A DNA stretch of 63,723 nt, filler included, from 5 parts of 5 records of this genome joined end to end with filler, not necessarily neighbours in it; one strand, 5' to 3'; positions 50,361-61,555 are shown, numbered from the whole stretch's first letter. Program-made: numbers and translations. The notes: generated by a model not told the origin, from the letters alone.

Positions 50361-51144
50361 CAGATGGCAAGGGACGCCATTCGGTATCGATCACGTCGCA
50401 CTCCGACGTATCCACGTTCTGGATCACAGGGTTCCTTTTAAGCCACTTCTGGCCGTGCCGATGACCGGGCATCGCCGCGCCAAACCGTTTCACCAGCTTG
50501 CGGTATCGAAACCCAACCGTTGCCGTATTGCAGAGGTGCCGCCCGTCTTTCGCACCATATATCGCCAGCCCCGTACCCTGCGGGCGCAGGGTATAGCCCC
50601 GTTTTCGCAAGACTTCCGTAAGCGACGCCCAGTCAGGTGCCGCTTCAAACAATACCGCCAAATGGTATTTCTCTCGTTCTTTGTGCGCAAAATCCGCCGC
50701 CTTGCCCTCTGCAGGGTCCACTGCAAAACACATGCCCAGATCACCGTGGGGATGATCCGGCATCGCCATACGAAACCGGCGCAGCAATGTGGGATAGGCA
50801 AAACCCAGCTCGGAGCCTTTGCACACAAGGGTGCCGCAGGATCGTTTGTGCAGCGCGATGCCACCGCCTGCTGGACGCAGCGTGTACCCGTGCCGGGCCA
50901 GCCGTCGGTCAAGGTCATCCCAGCCCGTTGCCTCAGCCATATCGCGGGCGAGGAGCGCTTGAAGAGCAACGACAAGCGATTCATCCGCCCGGTTTGACAT
51001 CTTCGGATGAAGGCGGCGCTGAACTTCACGAGCCAGCAATTGCCGCACCAGATGGCCGATGGTCACATCCTGCCCCGCGGCAACAACACCTGCCTCACTT
51101 AGCAGTCTGGGTGGCAGTTTCAGGGTTACGGTTTCCAGTCTCAT
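50353..51144 (-). CDS. Hypothetical protein with RHH-like N-terminus and an internally duplicated domain
   Basis: Two copies of W..L...L...GYTLRP.G.G(I/L)A....G...C.....GF.Y..L..RF..AMP.H.HG. Confidence 0.75.
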   Translation of the reverse strand: MRLETVTLKLPPRLLSEAGVVAAGQDVTIGHLVRQLLAREVQRRLHPKMSNRADESLVVALQALLARDMAEATGWDDLDRRLARHGYTLRPAGGGIALHKRSCGTLVCKGSELGFAYPTLLRRFRMAMPDHPHGDLGMCFAVDPAEGKAADFAHKEREKYHLAVLFEAAPDWASLTEVLRKRGYTLRPQGTGLAIYGAKDGRHLCNTATVGFRYRKLVKRFGAAMPGHRHGQKWLKRNPVIQNVDTSECDVIDTEWRPLPSEK

Positions 51145-51179
51145 CGTCAAAGACTGAAAGCGAATCGGTTAATGCCGCG

Positions 51180-51491
51180 TTAAAACCGTTCTGCCCGCAG
51201 CACGTCGCAATCACTGACCGAAACCACACCGATATGACGCTCCACCACCGCGAAAGCTCCCTCCAGCAGGTCATCCAGACGCTCTGGCCGGATAATGCAA
51301 ACCACCTGCACCATACCAGAGGCCCGGCTGACTTGGCCGGATCTGCTCCATGCCCCGGACCGGCCTGACCCGCCCAGCACCGGCAACACGGTATATCCGG
51401 TCACACCCGCCTTGCTCAACGCATCGGTCAGCCGCGATTGCATCACCGATTCAATGGTAATCTCTACCCGTTTTGCACGATGGGTCTGCAT
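51180..51491 (-). CDS. PII-like regulator (SbtB-like)
   Basis: KRVEITIE, GVTGYTV..GGSGRSG; directly follows the SbtA-like gene. Confidence 0.85.
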   Translation of the reverse strand: MQTHRAKRVEITIESVMQSRLTDALSKAGVTGYTVLPVLGGSGRSGAWSRSGQVSRASGMVQVVCIIRPERLDDLLEGAFAVVERHIGVVSVSDCDVLRAERF

Positions 51492-51494
51492 GGT

Positions 51495-52478
51495 TCAGCC
51501 TCCGGTCATGGCTTGGGACACCGCCACATAAAGCGGAATACCAAGGGTCAGGTTAAACGGGAAAGTCACGCCCAGCGACAGTGTCAGATAAAGCGAGGGA
51601 TTGGCCTCTGGCAGCGCCACGCGCATGGCCGCAGGCACCGCGATGTAAGAGGCTGAGGCGGATAACACCATCATCAGGGCCATGCCACCGTTTGACAGCC
51701 CCAAGGCAAGGGCAAACCCCAGCCCGATGACCGATCCAATCAACGGCATCAGCACGCCAAAGGCCAGCACCGCAGGGCGCAAGATCTTGCCGCCTTCACG
51801 CAGGCCCCGCCCTGCGACCAACCCCATGTCCAGCAGGAACAGGCACAAGACACCTTTAAACGGTGACACAATGAAACTGGAGATTTCCGCCAGCCCGTCT
51901 TCACCCGTGGCCCAGCCGATGAAAAACGATCCCACCAGCAAGACGATGGAACCGTTCAACATGATCTCGCGCAGCAGGGCGCTGTCCATGCCTTTTGTGC
52001 CATCACCGCCACCCTTTGCGACCAGCCACAGCGCTGAAAGGATGGCAGGGGCCTCCATCGCGGCAGCAACCGCGACCATATAGCCCTCATAGGCCACGCC
52101 ACGGCTGTCCAGAACCGAGGTCGCTGCCACAAAGGTCACAATTGAAATCGACCCGTAGTGGGCCGCGACCGCGGCCGCATCCAGTCGGCTCATCTGTGTC
52201 ATCACCCGCAGCAGCGCAAAAGCAACCAGCGGCAACAGCGCCGAGAGGACCACCCCGGCCAGCAGCGCCAGACCCAAAGTTGCGTCAATGCCATGGGCCG
52301 CCACACTGACGCCGCCCTTGAAACCGATCGCAAACAGCAGATAGATCGACAGCCCCTTGGCCACCGCTTCGGGGATGCTGAGATCAGAGCGCGCCAATGA
52401 CGCCGCAACCCCCAGCACGAAACACAGGATGATCGGCGAAATCAGATTCTGTCCCGCCAATGAAAGCAATTGATCCAT
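51495..52478 (-). CDS. sbtA: Sodium-dependent bicarbonate transporter family (SbtA/DUF897)
   Basis: YLLFAIGFKGG, AHYGSISIVTF, MEAPAI, LFLLDMG, SASYIAVPAA and TFPFNL. Confidence 0.9.
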   Translation of the reverse strand: MDQLLSLAGQNLISPIILCFVLGVAASLARSDLSIPEAVAKGLSIYLLFAIGFKGGVSVAAHGIDATLGLALLAGVVLSALLPLVAFALLRVMTQMSRLDAAAVAAHYGSISIVTFVAATSVLDSRGVAYEGYMVAVAAAMEAPAILSALWLVAKGGGDGTKGMDSALLREIMLNGSIVLLVGSFFIGWATGEDGLAEISSFIVSPFKGVLCLFLLDMGLVAGRGLREGGKILRPAVLAFGVLMPLIGSVIGLGFALALGLSNGGMALMMVLSASASYIAVPAAMRVALPEANPSLYLTLSLGVTFPFNLTLGIPLYVAVSQAMTGG

Positions 52479-52490
52479 CGTTACCCCGCC

Positions 52491-53144
52491 TTAAACGACG
52501 TGGAACTTTCCCGTTTCGGGGTTGTAATGTTCCAATCCACCCTCGCCGATATCTGTCCACAACCCATGCAGGCTAAGCGTGCCTTCTTCCACCTTTGACG
52601 CAAGCCAAGGGAAGGTCATCAGATTTTCCAAAGAGGTAACCACCGCCTCTTTCTCGAACGCGCGGGTTTGTTCTTCGGTGTCTTGCATATCAGCAACCAC
52701 CTCAAAGCGCGGGCGCAGAATGTCCATCCAGCGGCCAACAAAACTGTCCTTGGCCTCCAGCTCGGGCGCATGACCCTTGCACATGTCGATACAGCCCTTG
52801 ATGCCGCCACAGTTGGAATGGCCCAGGATCATCAGGTTGCTGACCTTCAACACCCGCACCGCATATTCCACCGCTGCGGATGTGCCGTGGTGATCACCGT
52901 CCGGTTCATAAGGCGGCACAAGATTCGCGATGTTACGGTGAATAAAGAACTCACCCTGATCCGCGCCAAAAATTGACGTCACATGAACACGGCTGTCACA
53001 GCAGGAAATCACCATGGCACGCGGGTGCTGCCCATCACTGGCAAGCCGTCGATACCAGGTTTTGTTATCGGCATATCCGGTTGCTTTCCAACCATGATAG
53101 CGTTGCACCAGATAGTTAGGTAACGGTTTAACCCGATCCAGCAT
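52491..53144 (-). CDS. Beta-class carbonic anhydrase
   Basis: CCDSRV, RNIANLV and GHSNCGG zinc ligands. Confidence 0.95.
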   Translation of the reverse strand: MLDRVKPLPNYLVQRYHGWKATGYADNKTWYRRLASDGQHPRAMVISCCDSRVHVTSIFGADQGEFFIHRNIANLVPPYEPDGDHHGTSAAVEYAVRVLKVSNLMILGHSNCGGIKGCIDMCKGHAPELEAKDSFVGRWMDILRPRFEVVADMQDTEEQTRAFEKEAVVTSLENLMTFPWLASKVEEGTLSLHGLWTDIGEGGLEHYNPETGKFHVV

Positions 53145-53290
53145 TCACATCATCCTTGTATTCGTTCGCAACTGGTTATCCCAAACTTTCTAAAAGTTCG
53201 AGAGAAAAGACGTGGCCGCCTCAACCATTTCATCATCACTTGCGGGCAAAACCCCAGCAGCCGTGGGGGCTGAATTAGGGGTGAGTATAG

Positions 53291-53668
53291 ATGCAGGTTC
53301 TGCAAATTAGACCGACGGAAAATGTAAGCGTTGATCAGGATCGGCTGGGCGCGCTTTATTCCCAGCTTGGCGCTGCCGGTGCCGAGGATGTCGTCTGCCG
53401 CGCGCTGGAAGAGCTGGCGCTGCGCATGTCGCATTGCGAAAAACTCTACCGCGAGGGGCATTGGGAGGAATTGCGCAAGAACACCCGCTCGCTGATCGCC
53501 ATCGCTGATCAAATCGGCATGCTGGCGCTCAGTGATGTCGCAGGCACTGTCACCGACTGTATTGATCAGGGCAATGGTGTGGGTGTCGCCGCCACCCTGT
53601 CCCGGCTGATGCGGGTTGGCGATGGATCGCTATCGGCGGTTTGGGACATTCAGGATATCACCATCTGA
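53291..53668 (+). CDS. Hypothetical protein (Hpt-like helical bundle)
   Basis: LYSQLGAAGAEDVVCRALEEL...SLIAIADQIGM; lacks the canonical His. Confidence 0.7.
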   Translation: MQVLQIRPTENVSVDQDRLGALYSQLGAAGAEDVVCRALEELALRMSHCEKLYREGHWEELRKNTRSLIAIADQIGMLALSDVAGTVTDCIDQGNGVGVAATLSRLMRVGDGSLSAVWDIQDITI

Positions 53669-53745
53669 TGATCCCGCCCTGACCCATTGCGGGGACCTGT
53701 AAAAAGCGTAGGTTACGCGAAGCTAATTTCAGATACAGGTCCAAC

Positions 53746-55128
53746 ATGCCCCTTTCTTTTGCCCCCTCCGGTACGGCCACCATTCCCATGCATATCCTCG
53801 CCGAGGACCAGCTGGAGGCTTGGCTGGATACACAGCCCGATGCCACCCGAAACGCGCTGACATCCCAGGGTTTTACCGGTGCATTGGGGCAGACCGTCAG
53901 CCTTGCCGGCCCGGATGGTGCGCCCGCGCTGGCTGTTGCGGGCTATGGCACAGCTGCCACGCGCCAGCGTGGCCGGTTTCACCTGGCCGCTGCCGCCCCC
54001 AAACTGCCCGAAGGCGACTATCACCTCGTCAGCGATCTGGACGCCGATGCCCTCTCTGCAGAGGCTCTGGGCTGGCTCCTCGCGAGCTACAGGTTCGACC
54101 GTTATCGCAAACAATCCCCGCTGCTGGCACGGCTGGTTGCACCGCAGGGCATCGACGCCCCCCGGATCGAGGCACAGGCCAATGGGGAAGCCCTGACCCG
54201 TGATCTGATCAATACACCTGCCAACGATATGGGGCCGCCCGATCTGGAACAGGCCGCCCGTGATCTGGCAGCGCAACATGGGGCCGACATCACCGTCATC
54301 ACCGGTGACGACCTGCTGACACAGAATTTCCCACTGATCCATACCGTGGGCCGTGCTGCCGATCGCGCGCCGCGGCTGATCGACCTGCGTTGGGGCGATG
54401 CTGGTCCAAAGCTAACGCTGGTAGGTAAAGGGGTCTGTTTCGATACCGGCGGGCTGAACCTGAAACCCGGTGCCTCCATGGCATTGATGAAAAAGGACTT
54501 GGGCGGGGCCGCTGCCGTTCTGGGGCTGGCCCATATGATCATGGCAACCGGGGCCACGGTTCAACTGCGCATCCTGATCCCGGCGGTTGAAAACGCTGTC
54601 GCGGGCAATGCCTTCCGCCCCGGAGACATCCTGACTTCACGCAAGGGCCTGACGGTGGAAATCAACAATACCGATGCCGAAGGGCGGCTGGTGCTGGCCG
54701 ACGCACTGGCCCTCGCAGATGAGGACGATCCCGATCAGATCATCTCGATGGCCACGCTCACCGGGGCCGCCCGTGTGGCCGTAGGCCCCGACCTCGCCCC
54801 TTATTTCAGTGACAACCCCGCCTTTGTCACAGCTCTGGAAACGGCTGCTGCGCGGGTACAGGACCCGGTCTGGCGGATGCCTTTCCATACCCCTTACGAG
54901 GCGATGATCGAACCGGGCATTGCCGATCTGGACAATGCGCCGAAAGGCGGATTTGCCGGGTGCATCACCGCTGCCCTGTTCCTGCGCCGCTTTGTGACCG
55001 AAAGTGCTTATGCGCATTTTGACATTTACGGCTGGCAACCCACCGATGCTCCCGCCCGTCCGAAAGGCGGCACTGGTCAGGCCACCCGTGCGCTGCTCGC
55101 AGCCCTGCCCGCGCTCCTGAAATCATGA
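53746..55128 (+). CDS. M17 leucyl aminopeptidase family protein
   Basis: VGKGVCFDTGG, MKKDLGG and NTDAEGRL. Confidence 0.95.
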   Translation: MPLSFAPSGTATIPMHILAEDQLEAWLDTQPDATRNALTSQGFTGALGQTVSLAGPDGAPALAVAGYGTAATRQRGRFHLAAAAPKLPEGDYHLVSDLDADALSAEALGWLLASYRFDRYRKQSPLLARLVAPQGIDAPRIEAQANGEALTRDLINTPANDMGPPDLEQAARDLAAQHGADITVITGDDLLTQNFPLIHTVGRAADRAPRLIDLRWGDAGPKLTLVGKGVCFDTGGLNLKPGASMALMKKDLGGAAAVLGLAHMIMATGATVQLRILIPAVENAVAGNAFRPGDILTSRKGLTVEINNTDAEGRLVLADALALADEDDPDQIISMATLTGAARVAVGPDLAPYFSDNPAFVTALETAAARVQDPVWRMPFHTPYEAMIEPGIADLDNAPKGGFAGCITAALFLRRFVTESAYAHFDIYGWQPTDAPARPKGGTGQATRALLAALPALLKS

Positions 55129-55898
55129 GCGATCCGCGCCTGACCCCCGATCCGTCAATCATCACAACGGATCAGCCTGCGCAAATCACCCTGCCGGTGG
55201 TGGACCTTTGTCGCTCCCCTTCCGACCCACGCGACCGGCAGTTGCTGTTTGGCGATGCCCTGCGCCTACTCAACTCCTCCGCCGGCTGGTCCTATGTCCA
55301 ATCGGAAAAAGACGGCTATTGCGGCTATATCCCTGCAGACAGCCACGGCCCCGCTGCCGCCCCGACCCATAAGGTCAGCGCTTCCGCGACCCATGCCTAT
55401 ACAGGCGGCGATTTCAAATCCCCCGACCAGATGCGCCTCAGCCATGGGGCCCGCGTCACCGTCATCGGCCAGGACGGGAAATTCGCGCAGACCGCCGCTG
55501 GCTTTATCCCCGCCCAACACCTGATGCCGATAGATCAATTCCGGAACGACCCGGCCACTATCGCCGCCCTCTACCTTGGCACGCCGTACCTCTGGGGCGG
55601 TAACAGCCGCGATGGCATCGACTGCTCCGGCCTTGTTCAGGCGGCGCTGCTGGCCTGCGCCATCCCTTGCCCCGGCGACAGCGACATGCAGATGTCCCTC
55701 GGACAGGAGGCCACGGCCCCCTATCAACGCAATGACCTGCTGTTCTGGAAAGGCCATGTGGCGCTGGTGACTGACAGCGACACCCTGATCCATGCCAACG
55801 CCAGCGCAATGGCCTGTACCTATGAGCCGATCACAAGCGCCATTGCCCGCATCGCAACACAGGGCGACGGCCCCGTCACGGCACATCGCAGGCTCTAA
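55125..55898 (+). CDS. NlpC/P60 peptidoglycan peptidase with SH3-like N-terminus
   Basis: GTPYLWGG, GIDCSGLV and WKGHVA. Confidence 0.92.
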   Translation: MSDPRLTPDPSIITTDQPAQITLPVVDLCRSPSDPRDRQLLFGDALRLLNSSAGWSYVQSEKDGYCGYIPADSHGPAAAPTHKVSASATHAYTGGDFKSPDQMRLSHGARVTVIGQDGKFAQTAAGFIPAQHLMPIDQFRNDPATIAALYLGTPYLWGGNSRDGIDCSGLVQAALLACAIPCPGDSDMQMSLGQEATAPYQRNDLLFWKGHVALVTDSDTLIHANASAMACTYEPITSAIARIATQGDGPVTAHRRL

Positions 55899-55936
55899 AC
55901 CCTCTTTCCCCTCTTTTTGGCCTTATATACTGTCCG

Positions 55937-56036
55937 NNNNNNNNNNNNNNNNNNNNNNNNNNNNNNNNNNNNNNNNNNNNTTAATTAATTAANNNNNNNN
56001 NNNNNNNNNNNNNNNNNNNNNNNNNNNNNNNNNNNN
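55937..56036. other. Artificial contig spacer
   Basis: N-run, TTAATTAATTAA, N-run. Confidence 0.99.
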
Positions 56037-56838
56037 TGATGGAGTCGAGCAGAATCACCACGTCCTGTTTGTGTTCCACCAGCCGCTTGGCTTTCTCGAT
56101 CACCATCTCGGCGACCTGCACGTGGCGGGCCGGCGGTTCGTCGAAGGTGGAGGCCACCACTTCCCCGCGCACCGTGCGTGACATCTCGGTCACTTCCTCG
56201 GGCCGCTCGTCGATCAGCAGCACGATCATGTGCGTTTCGGGGTTGTTGCGGGCGATGGACTGGGCGATACCCTGGAGAAGCATGGTCTTACCGGCTTTGG
56301 GCGGCGCCACGATCAGGCCGCGCTGGCCTTTGCCGATCGGCGCCACCAGGTCGATCACCCGGGCGGTGATGTCCTCGGTGGAGCCGTTGCCGACTTCCAT
56401 GACCATCCGCTCGGTGGGGAACAGCGGGGTCAGGTTCTCGAACAGGATCTTGGTTTTGGCGTTTTCCGGCCGGTCGGTGTTGATCTCACTGACCTTGAGC
56501 ATGGCGAAGTAGCGTTCGCCATCCTTGGGGGGCCGGATCTTGCCGGCGATGGTGTCGCCGGTGCGCAGGTTGAAGCGACGTATCTGGCTGGGCGACACGT
56601 AAATGTCATCCGGGCCGGCCAGGTAAGAGCCTTCCGCGGAGCGCAGGAAGCCGAAGCCGTCCTGCAGAATTTCCAGCACCCCATCACCGTAGATGTCCGA
56701 GCCGTTCTTGGCGGCTCGCTTGAGGATGGAGAAGATAACGTCCTGTTTGCGGGTTCTCGCCAGGTTCTCCAGGCCGAGTTCCTTGGCAATATCCAGAAGT
56801 TCGCCGATCGGCTTCTGTTTCAGTTCGGAAAGATTCAT
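56037..56838 (-). CDS. rho: Transcription termination factor Rho, partial
   Basis: [27 protein letters not shown] and IDERPEEVT. Confidence 0.98.
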
Positions 56839-57289
56839 TGGTGTTTTACAGGATGTCCAGAAATGAATTGACGGAATACACCTTGGATTGGTGTCTCTCG
56901 ATGGTCGGATCCGGGCCGGAGAGCCTCGGAATTTCTTATTGATTCATTTGCATTCGCAGGGGCCGTTTCACGGTCTCCCAAGGTCGGGGACATCGTGGAG
57001 AACGGGGCCTGCTTGGCTAAGGCTGACGCATTCAGCGGGAGCGATAAACGATGAAACCCTTGCAAATCATCCGTCGGCGGGGCCTGAATGCCAGGGGCCG
57101 GACAGGATAACTATCTCGGAAAAAGGACGCTCAGAAACGTACGAATTAGAGATCCCTGCCAGAGGGTGCGAATACGTTGATTCGGGAATGTACCACCGGG
57201 CCGGAGGGCTGTCTAGTCCGGGACGCGCAGTCCGTGAGAGGCAAGGGCGGCCACGGGCCGGAGGGCCCGTGGCGCATTCACCGGCTGGA

Positions 57290-57616
57290 TCAGAGCGTGC
57301 TGTCCAGGAACGCGGTGAGCTGGGACTTCGACAGAGCGCCGACCTTGGTGGCTTCCACGTCGCCGTTCTTGAACACGGTCAGCGTGGGGATGCCGCGCAC
57401 GCCGTACTTCTTGGGCGTGTCCGGGTTCTCGTCGATGTTCAGCTTGGCAATGGTGAGCTTGCCGGCGTAATCCCCGGACAGGTCTTCCAGGATCGGCGCT
57501 ACCATTTTGCAGGGGCCGCACCAGGGCGCCCAGTAGTCCACCAGAACCGGACCGTCGGCTTTCAGGACTTTCTCCTCGAAATCCGCGTCGGTCACGTTGA
57601 TAATCTCGCCGCTCAT
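57290..57616 (-). CDS. trxA: Thioredoxin
   Basis: WCGPC; trxA-rho synteny. Confidence 0.97.
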   Translation of the reverse strand: MSGEIINVTDADFEEKVLKADGPVLVDYWAPWCGPCKMVAPILEDLSGDYAGKLTIAKLNIDENPDTPKKYGVRGIPTLTVFKNGDVEATKVGALSKSQLTAFLDSTL

Positions 57617-57839
57617 TGAAATCTCCTGCTAGGCTTTCGCGGGATGATGACGCCGACACGCAGCCGACGCCGTCACAGGTCGATTAATATCGGGGTCTGG
57701 CGCGCGGATTTCAAGCGCGCCGAACAATGGTGCCGACAGAGCGCGCCTATCGGCGGCGCGCCGAAGCAGCGGGAACGCCCGCGTGGCGCCCGCTCGGGGC
57801 CGTTTCACGGCCGGCTCTGGACCGTCAAGGAGAGGGGTT

Positions 57840-59339
57840 TTGCGACAACCTGAACATCTGGCCGCCATCGATTTGGGGTCCAACAGTTTTCACATGGTGG
57901 TGGCCCGGCAGGCCCAGGGCGAGGTGCGGGTCCTGGAAAGTTTGTCCGAAAAGGTGCAGTTGGGCGCCGGCCTGGGGCCCGACAACCGCCTCGACGAAGA
58001 CGCCCAGACCCGGGCGCTGGACTGCCTGAGCCGCTTCGCCCAGCGCATCAAGGGCATCCCCCGCGGCAATGTGCGCGTGGTGGGCACCAACACCCTGCGC
58101 ATGGCGCGCAACGCCACCCAGTTCATCGCCCGCGCCGAACACGCTCTGGGGCACGACATCGAAGTGGTGGCGGGCCGCGAGGAGGCCCGGCTGATCTACC
58201 TGGGCGTGGCGCACAGCCTCGCCGATGACGCCGGCGCGCGGCTGGTGGTGGATATCGGCGGTGGCTCCACCGAGCTGATAATCGGCGAGCGCTTCGAGTC
58301 CACGGAAACCGAATCCCTGCACATGGGCTGTGTCAGCTATGGGCAGCGCTTTTTCGCCGACGGCAAGATCACCGAGGCGGCGTTCAAGAAGGCGGTCACC
58401 GCGGCCCGTCAGGAAGTGCTGTCCATCGAAACCAACTACCGCCGTTTGGGCTGGGCCCAGGCGGTGGGCGCCTCGGGCACCATCAAGGCGATTGCCCAGG
58501 TGTGCGAGGAGAACGGCTGGAGCACCGAAGGCATCAGCCTGGAGGGGCTCGACAAGGCGCGCCGCAAGGCGATCAAGGCGGGCAGCGCGGACGCCCTGTC
58601 GCTGAAAGGACTGCGCGACGACCGCAAGGCGATTTTCGCCTCCGGCCTGGCGATTCTGCTGGGCATTTTCGAGCAGATGGGGCTGGCCCACATGCAGGTG
58701 TCCAGCGGCGCCCTGCGCGAAGGCCTGCTGTACGACCTGTTGGGGCGCTTTGCCCATGAGGACGTCCGCGAGCGCAGTGTGCAGGCGCTGATGAATCGGC
58801 ACCACGTGGAGCGCGCCCAGGCCGAGCGCGTCTGGGAAACCGCCCGGGGCCTGTACCGGCAGGCCGCCGGCGACTGGGATCTCGAGGACGAAGAAGCGCA
58901 GGCCACGCTGCGCTGGGCGGCCCTGCTGCATGAGGTGGGGCTGGCGGTGTCGCACAGCCAGTTTCACAAGCACGGCGCCTACCTGGTGTCCAATTCCGAC
59001 CTGCCCGGCTTCTCGCGCCAGGCCCAGCAGGCGGTGGCGGTGCTGGTGCGCGGCCACCGCCGCAAGGTGCCGCTGTCCACGCTGGCGGAGTGCCCCGAGG
59101 ATGAACAGGCCCGGCTGCTGCGGTTGTGTCTGCTGCTCAGGCTCGCCTGCCGCATGCACCACGCGCGCAACGGCGCGCCGGTGCCGCCGCTCACCCTGAA
59201 CGCCGGCGAGCGCACCCTGGAGTTGGTGTTCCCGGCCGGCTGGCTGGCCGAGCACCCGCTCACCCTGGCCGACCTGGAGCAGGAGCAGGAGTTTTTCCAG
59301 GCCGCCGGCTACCAGCTCACGGTGACCGACGCCACCTGA
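57840..59339 (+). CDS. ppx: Exopolyphosphatase (Ppx/GppA)
   Basis: AAIDLGSNSFH, GREEARL, DIGGGSTE and ALREG; TTG start after AGGAG. Confidence 0.94.
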   Translation: MRQPEHLAAIDLGSNSFHMVVARQAQGEVRVLESLSEKVQLGAGLGPDNRLDEDAQTRALDCLSRFAQRIKGIPRGNVRVVGTNTLRMARNATQFIARAEHALGHDIEVVAGREEARLIYLGVAHSLADDAGARLVVDIGGGSTELIIGERFESTETESLHMGCVSYGQRFFADGKITEAAFKKAVTAARQEVLSIETNYRRLGWAQAVGASGTIKAIAQVCEENGWSTEGISLEGLDKARRKAIKAGSADALSLKGLRDDRKAIFASGLAILLGIFEQMGLAHMQVSSGALREGLLYDLLGRFAHEDVRERSVQALMNRHHVERAQAERVWETARGLYRQAAGDWDLEDEEAQATLRWAALLHEVGLAVSHSQFHKHGAYLVSNSDLPGFSRQAQQAVAVLVRGHRRKVPLSTLAECPEDEQARLLRLCLLLRLACRMHHARNGAPVPPLTLNAGERTLELVFPAGWLAEHPLTLADLEQEQEFFQAAGYQLTVTDAT

Positions 59340-59351
59340 CGGAGGCGCCGC

Positions 59352-61439
59352 TCAGGCGCCGCCGGACAGAGCCTCAAGCAGCGCCTGCTGGGCCAGGAAC
59401 GGGGCCTCGTGCTCGGCCCGCTGCACGCGGCGGTAGATGCCGTCGCCGTGCAGCTCCCAGGCCTGGCCGTTGTCGCGCAGGTAATACTCCAGACCCTGCT
59501 CCAGCACCTGCGCCTTGAGCGCCGGTTCGTTGACCGGGAAGGCGGTTTCCACCCGGTTGAACAGGTTGCGGTCCATCCAGTCGGCGCTGGAGCAGTACAC
59601 CAGGTCCTCGCCGGCGTGGTGGAAATGGTAGATGCGCGTGTGCTCCAGGAAGCGGCCGATCACCGAGCGCACGCGGATGTTCTCCGACAGCCCGGGGATG
59701 CCCGGGCGCAGGCAGCAGATGCCGCGCACGATCAGGTCGATCTGCACGCCCGCCTGGCTGGCCCGGTACAGCGCCCGCATGATCTGCTCTTCGGTGAGCG
59801 AATTAAACTTGGCGATGATGCGCGCCGGCTTGCCGGCCAGGGCCTGTTCGGTTTCGAAATCGATCCACTGCACCAGGCTCGGATGCAGGGTGAACGGCGA
59901 GTGCTTCAGCTGCTTCAGGCGCGCCGCCTTGCCCATGCCGGTGAGCTCCTGAAAGATCTTGTGCACGTCCTGGCACAGGCCTTTTTCCGCCGTCATCAGG
60001 CCGTAATCGGTGTAAATCTTGGTGGTTTTGGTGTGGTAGTTGCCGGTGCCCACATGGGCATAGCGCTTGATGCCTTCGCCGTCGCGGCGCACCACCAGCA
60101 GCATCTTGGCGTGGGTTTTGTAGCCCACCACCCCGTACACCACCATGGCGCCGGCCTCCTGCAGGCGGCGCGCGCCCTCGATGTTGGACTCCTCGTCGAA
60201 GCGGGCGCGCAGCTCCACCACCGCGGTGACTTCCTTGCCGTTACGGGCGGCGGTCTCCAGGTGGTCCAGAATCTCCGAGTTGGTGCCGGTGCGATAGAGC
60301 GTCTGCTTGATCGCCAGCACCTTGGAGTCGCGGGCCGCTTCGGCGAGCAGATTGACCACCGGTGAAAAGCTTTCGAACGGGTGGTGCAGCAGGATGTCGC
60401 CCTGGTCGATGGCCTCGAAAATGCTCTCGTGCTTCTTCACCGCCGCCGGCAGTTTGGGGCTGAACGGCGGGTAGTGCAGGCGCGGCCGGTTGACGCTGGT
60501 GAACATGCGCGCCAGGTTCACCGGGCCGTTCACCTCGTAGGCGTCCTGCTCGGTCAGTTCGAACTGCTCCAGCAGATACTCGATCAGGTCGCGGGGGCAG
60601 TTGTCGGCCACTTCCAGGCGCACTTCGTCGCCGTAGCGACGGGACAACAGCTCGCCCTTCAGCGCGCTGGCCAGGTCCTCCACGTCTTCATCCACTTCCA
60701 GGTCGGCGTTGCGCGTTACCCGGAACTGATAGCAGCCGGTGGCCTTCATGCCGGGGAACAGGTCGCTGACGTGGGCGTGGATCATCGAGGACAGGAAAAT
60801 AAAGTTGTCGTTGCCGTCCTCGCAGATCTCTTCCGGCAGCCGCATCAGGCGCGGCAGGGAGCGCGGCGCGGGCACGATGGCCAGGCCGGTGGAGCGGCCG
60901 AACGCGTCCTTGCCGTCCAGCGACACAATGAAATTCAGGCTTTTGTTCACCAGCCTCGGGAAGGGGTGCGCCGGGTCCAGGGCGATGGGCGTCAGTACCG
61001 GATAAATCTGGTCGCGGAAGTACTTTTTCACCCACTCGGTCTGCGCCGGCGTCCAGTCCTCGCGGCGCAAGAAGTGCACGCCTTCCTCGGCCAGCGCCGG
61101 CAGCAGGATGTTCTGCAGAATATGGTACTGACGCTGCACGGCGTCGTGGGTCACGCGGGCCACCTCGGCCAGCACTTCCTCGGCGAGCATGCCGTCCGGC
61201 CCCGGGCGCCCGGTGCCGGTTTCCAGACGGTTCTTCAGGCCCGCCACGCGAATCTCGAAGAACTCGTCCATGTTGGAAGAGAAGATCAGCAGGAAATTGA
61301 GACGCTCCATCAGCGGATGGTGCTCGTCCATGGCCTGCTCGAGTACCCGTAGGTTGAACTGCAGCAGGCTCAATTCCCGGTTGATGTAGAAGTCCTGATT
61401 GCTCAAATCGGGGCCCTGGATACCGGTGTTGGCGTTCAT
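59352..61439 (-). CDS. ppk1: Polyphosphate kinase 1
   Basis: [35 protein letters not shown] and GRFLEH. Confidence 0.98.
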   Translation of the reverse strand: MNANTGIQGPDLSNQDFYINRELSLLQFNLRVLEQAMDEHHPLMERLNFLLIFSSNMDEFFEIRVAGLKNRLETGTGRPGPDGMLAEEVLAEVARVTHDAVQRQYHILQNILLPALAEEGVHFLRREDWTPAQTEWVKKYFRDQIYPVLTPIALDPAHPFPRLVNKSLNFIVSLDGKDAFGRSTGLAIVPAPRSLPRLMRLPEEICEDGNDNFIFLSSMIHAHVSDLFPGMKATGCYQFRVTRNADLEVDEDVEDLASALKGELLSRRYGDEVRLEVADNCPRDLIEYLLEQFELTEQDAYEVNGPVNLARMFTSVNRPRLHYPPFSPKLPAAVKKHESIFEAIDQGDILLHHPFESFSPVVNLLAEAARDSKVLAIKQTLYRTGTNSEILDHLETAARNGKEVTAVVELRARFDEESNIEGARRLQEAGAMVVYGVVGYKTHAKMLLVVRRDGEGIKRYAHVGTGNYHTKTTKIYTDYGLMTAEKGLCQDVHKIFQELTGMGKAARLKQLKHSPFTLHPSLVQWIDFETEQALAGKPARIIAKFNSLTEEQIMRALYRASQAGVQIDLIVRGICCLRPGIPGLSENIRVRSVIGRFLEHTRIYHFHHAGEDLVYCSSADWMDRNLFNRVETAFPVNEPALKAQVLEQGLEYYLRDNGQAWELHGDGIYRRVQRAEHEAPFLAQQALLEALSGGA

Positions 61440-61476
61440 TGCGAGTCCTGAGCTTGGATGCGGAAGGACCTATTGG

Positions 61477-61505
61477 ATGACATTAGCATGACAAGAGGAT
61501 GACAA
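61477..61505 (-). promoter_or_regulatory. Pho-box-like array upstream of ppk1
   Basis: Three TGTCAT repeats on the minus strand at an exact 11-bp period (plus-strand ATGACA at 61477, 61488 and 61499). Confidence 0.7.
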
Positions 61506-61536
61506 GGATCCCTCTTCACTTGCCGGGAATGATAAG

Positions 61537-61555
61537 TATAATGCGAACGATTATC
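61537..61555 (+). promoter_or_regulatory. Fur box overlapping the TATAAT -10 of the TonB receptor
   Basis: TATAATGCGAACGATTATC matches GATAATGATAATCATTATC at 14/19 positions. Confidence 0.75.

Noticed and set aside
55899-55936. Possible Rhodobacteraceae intergenic repeat at the contig end
   Set aside because: Single truncated copy; cannot be supported within this window.
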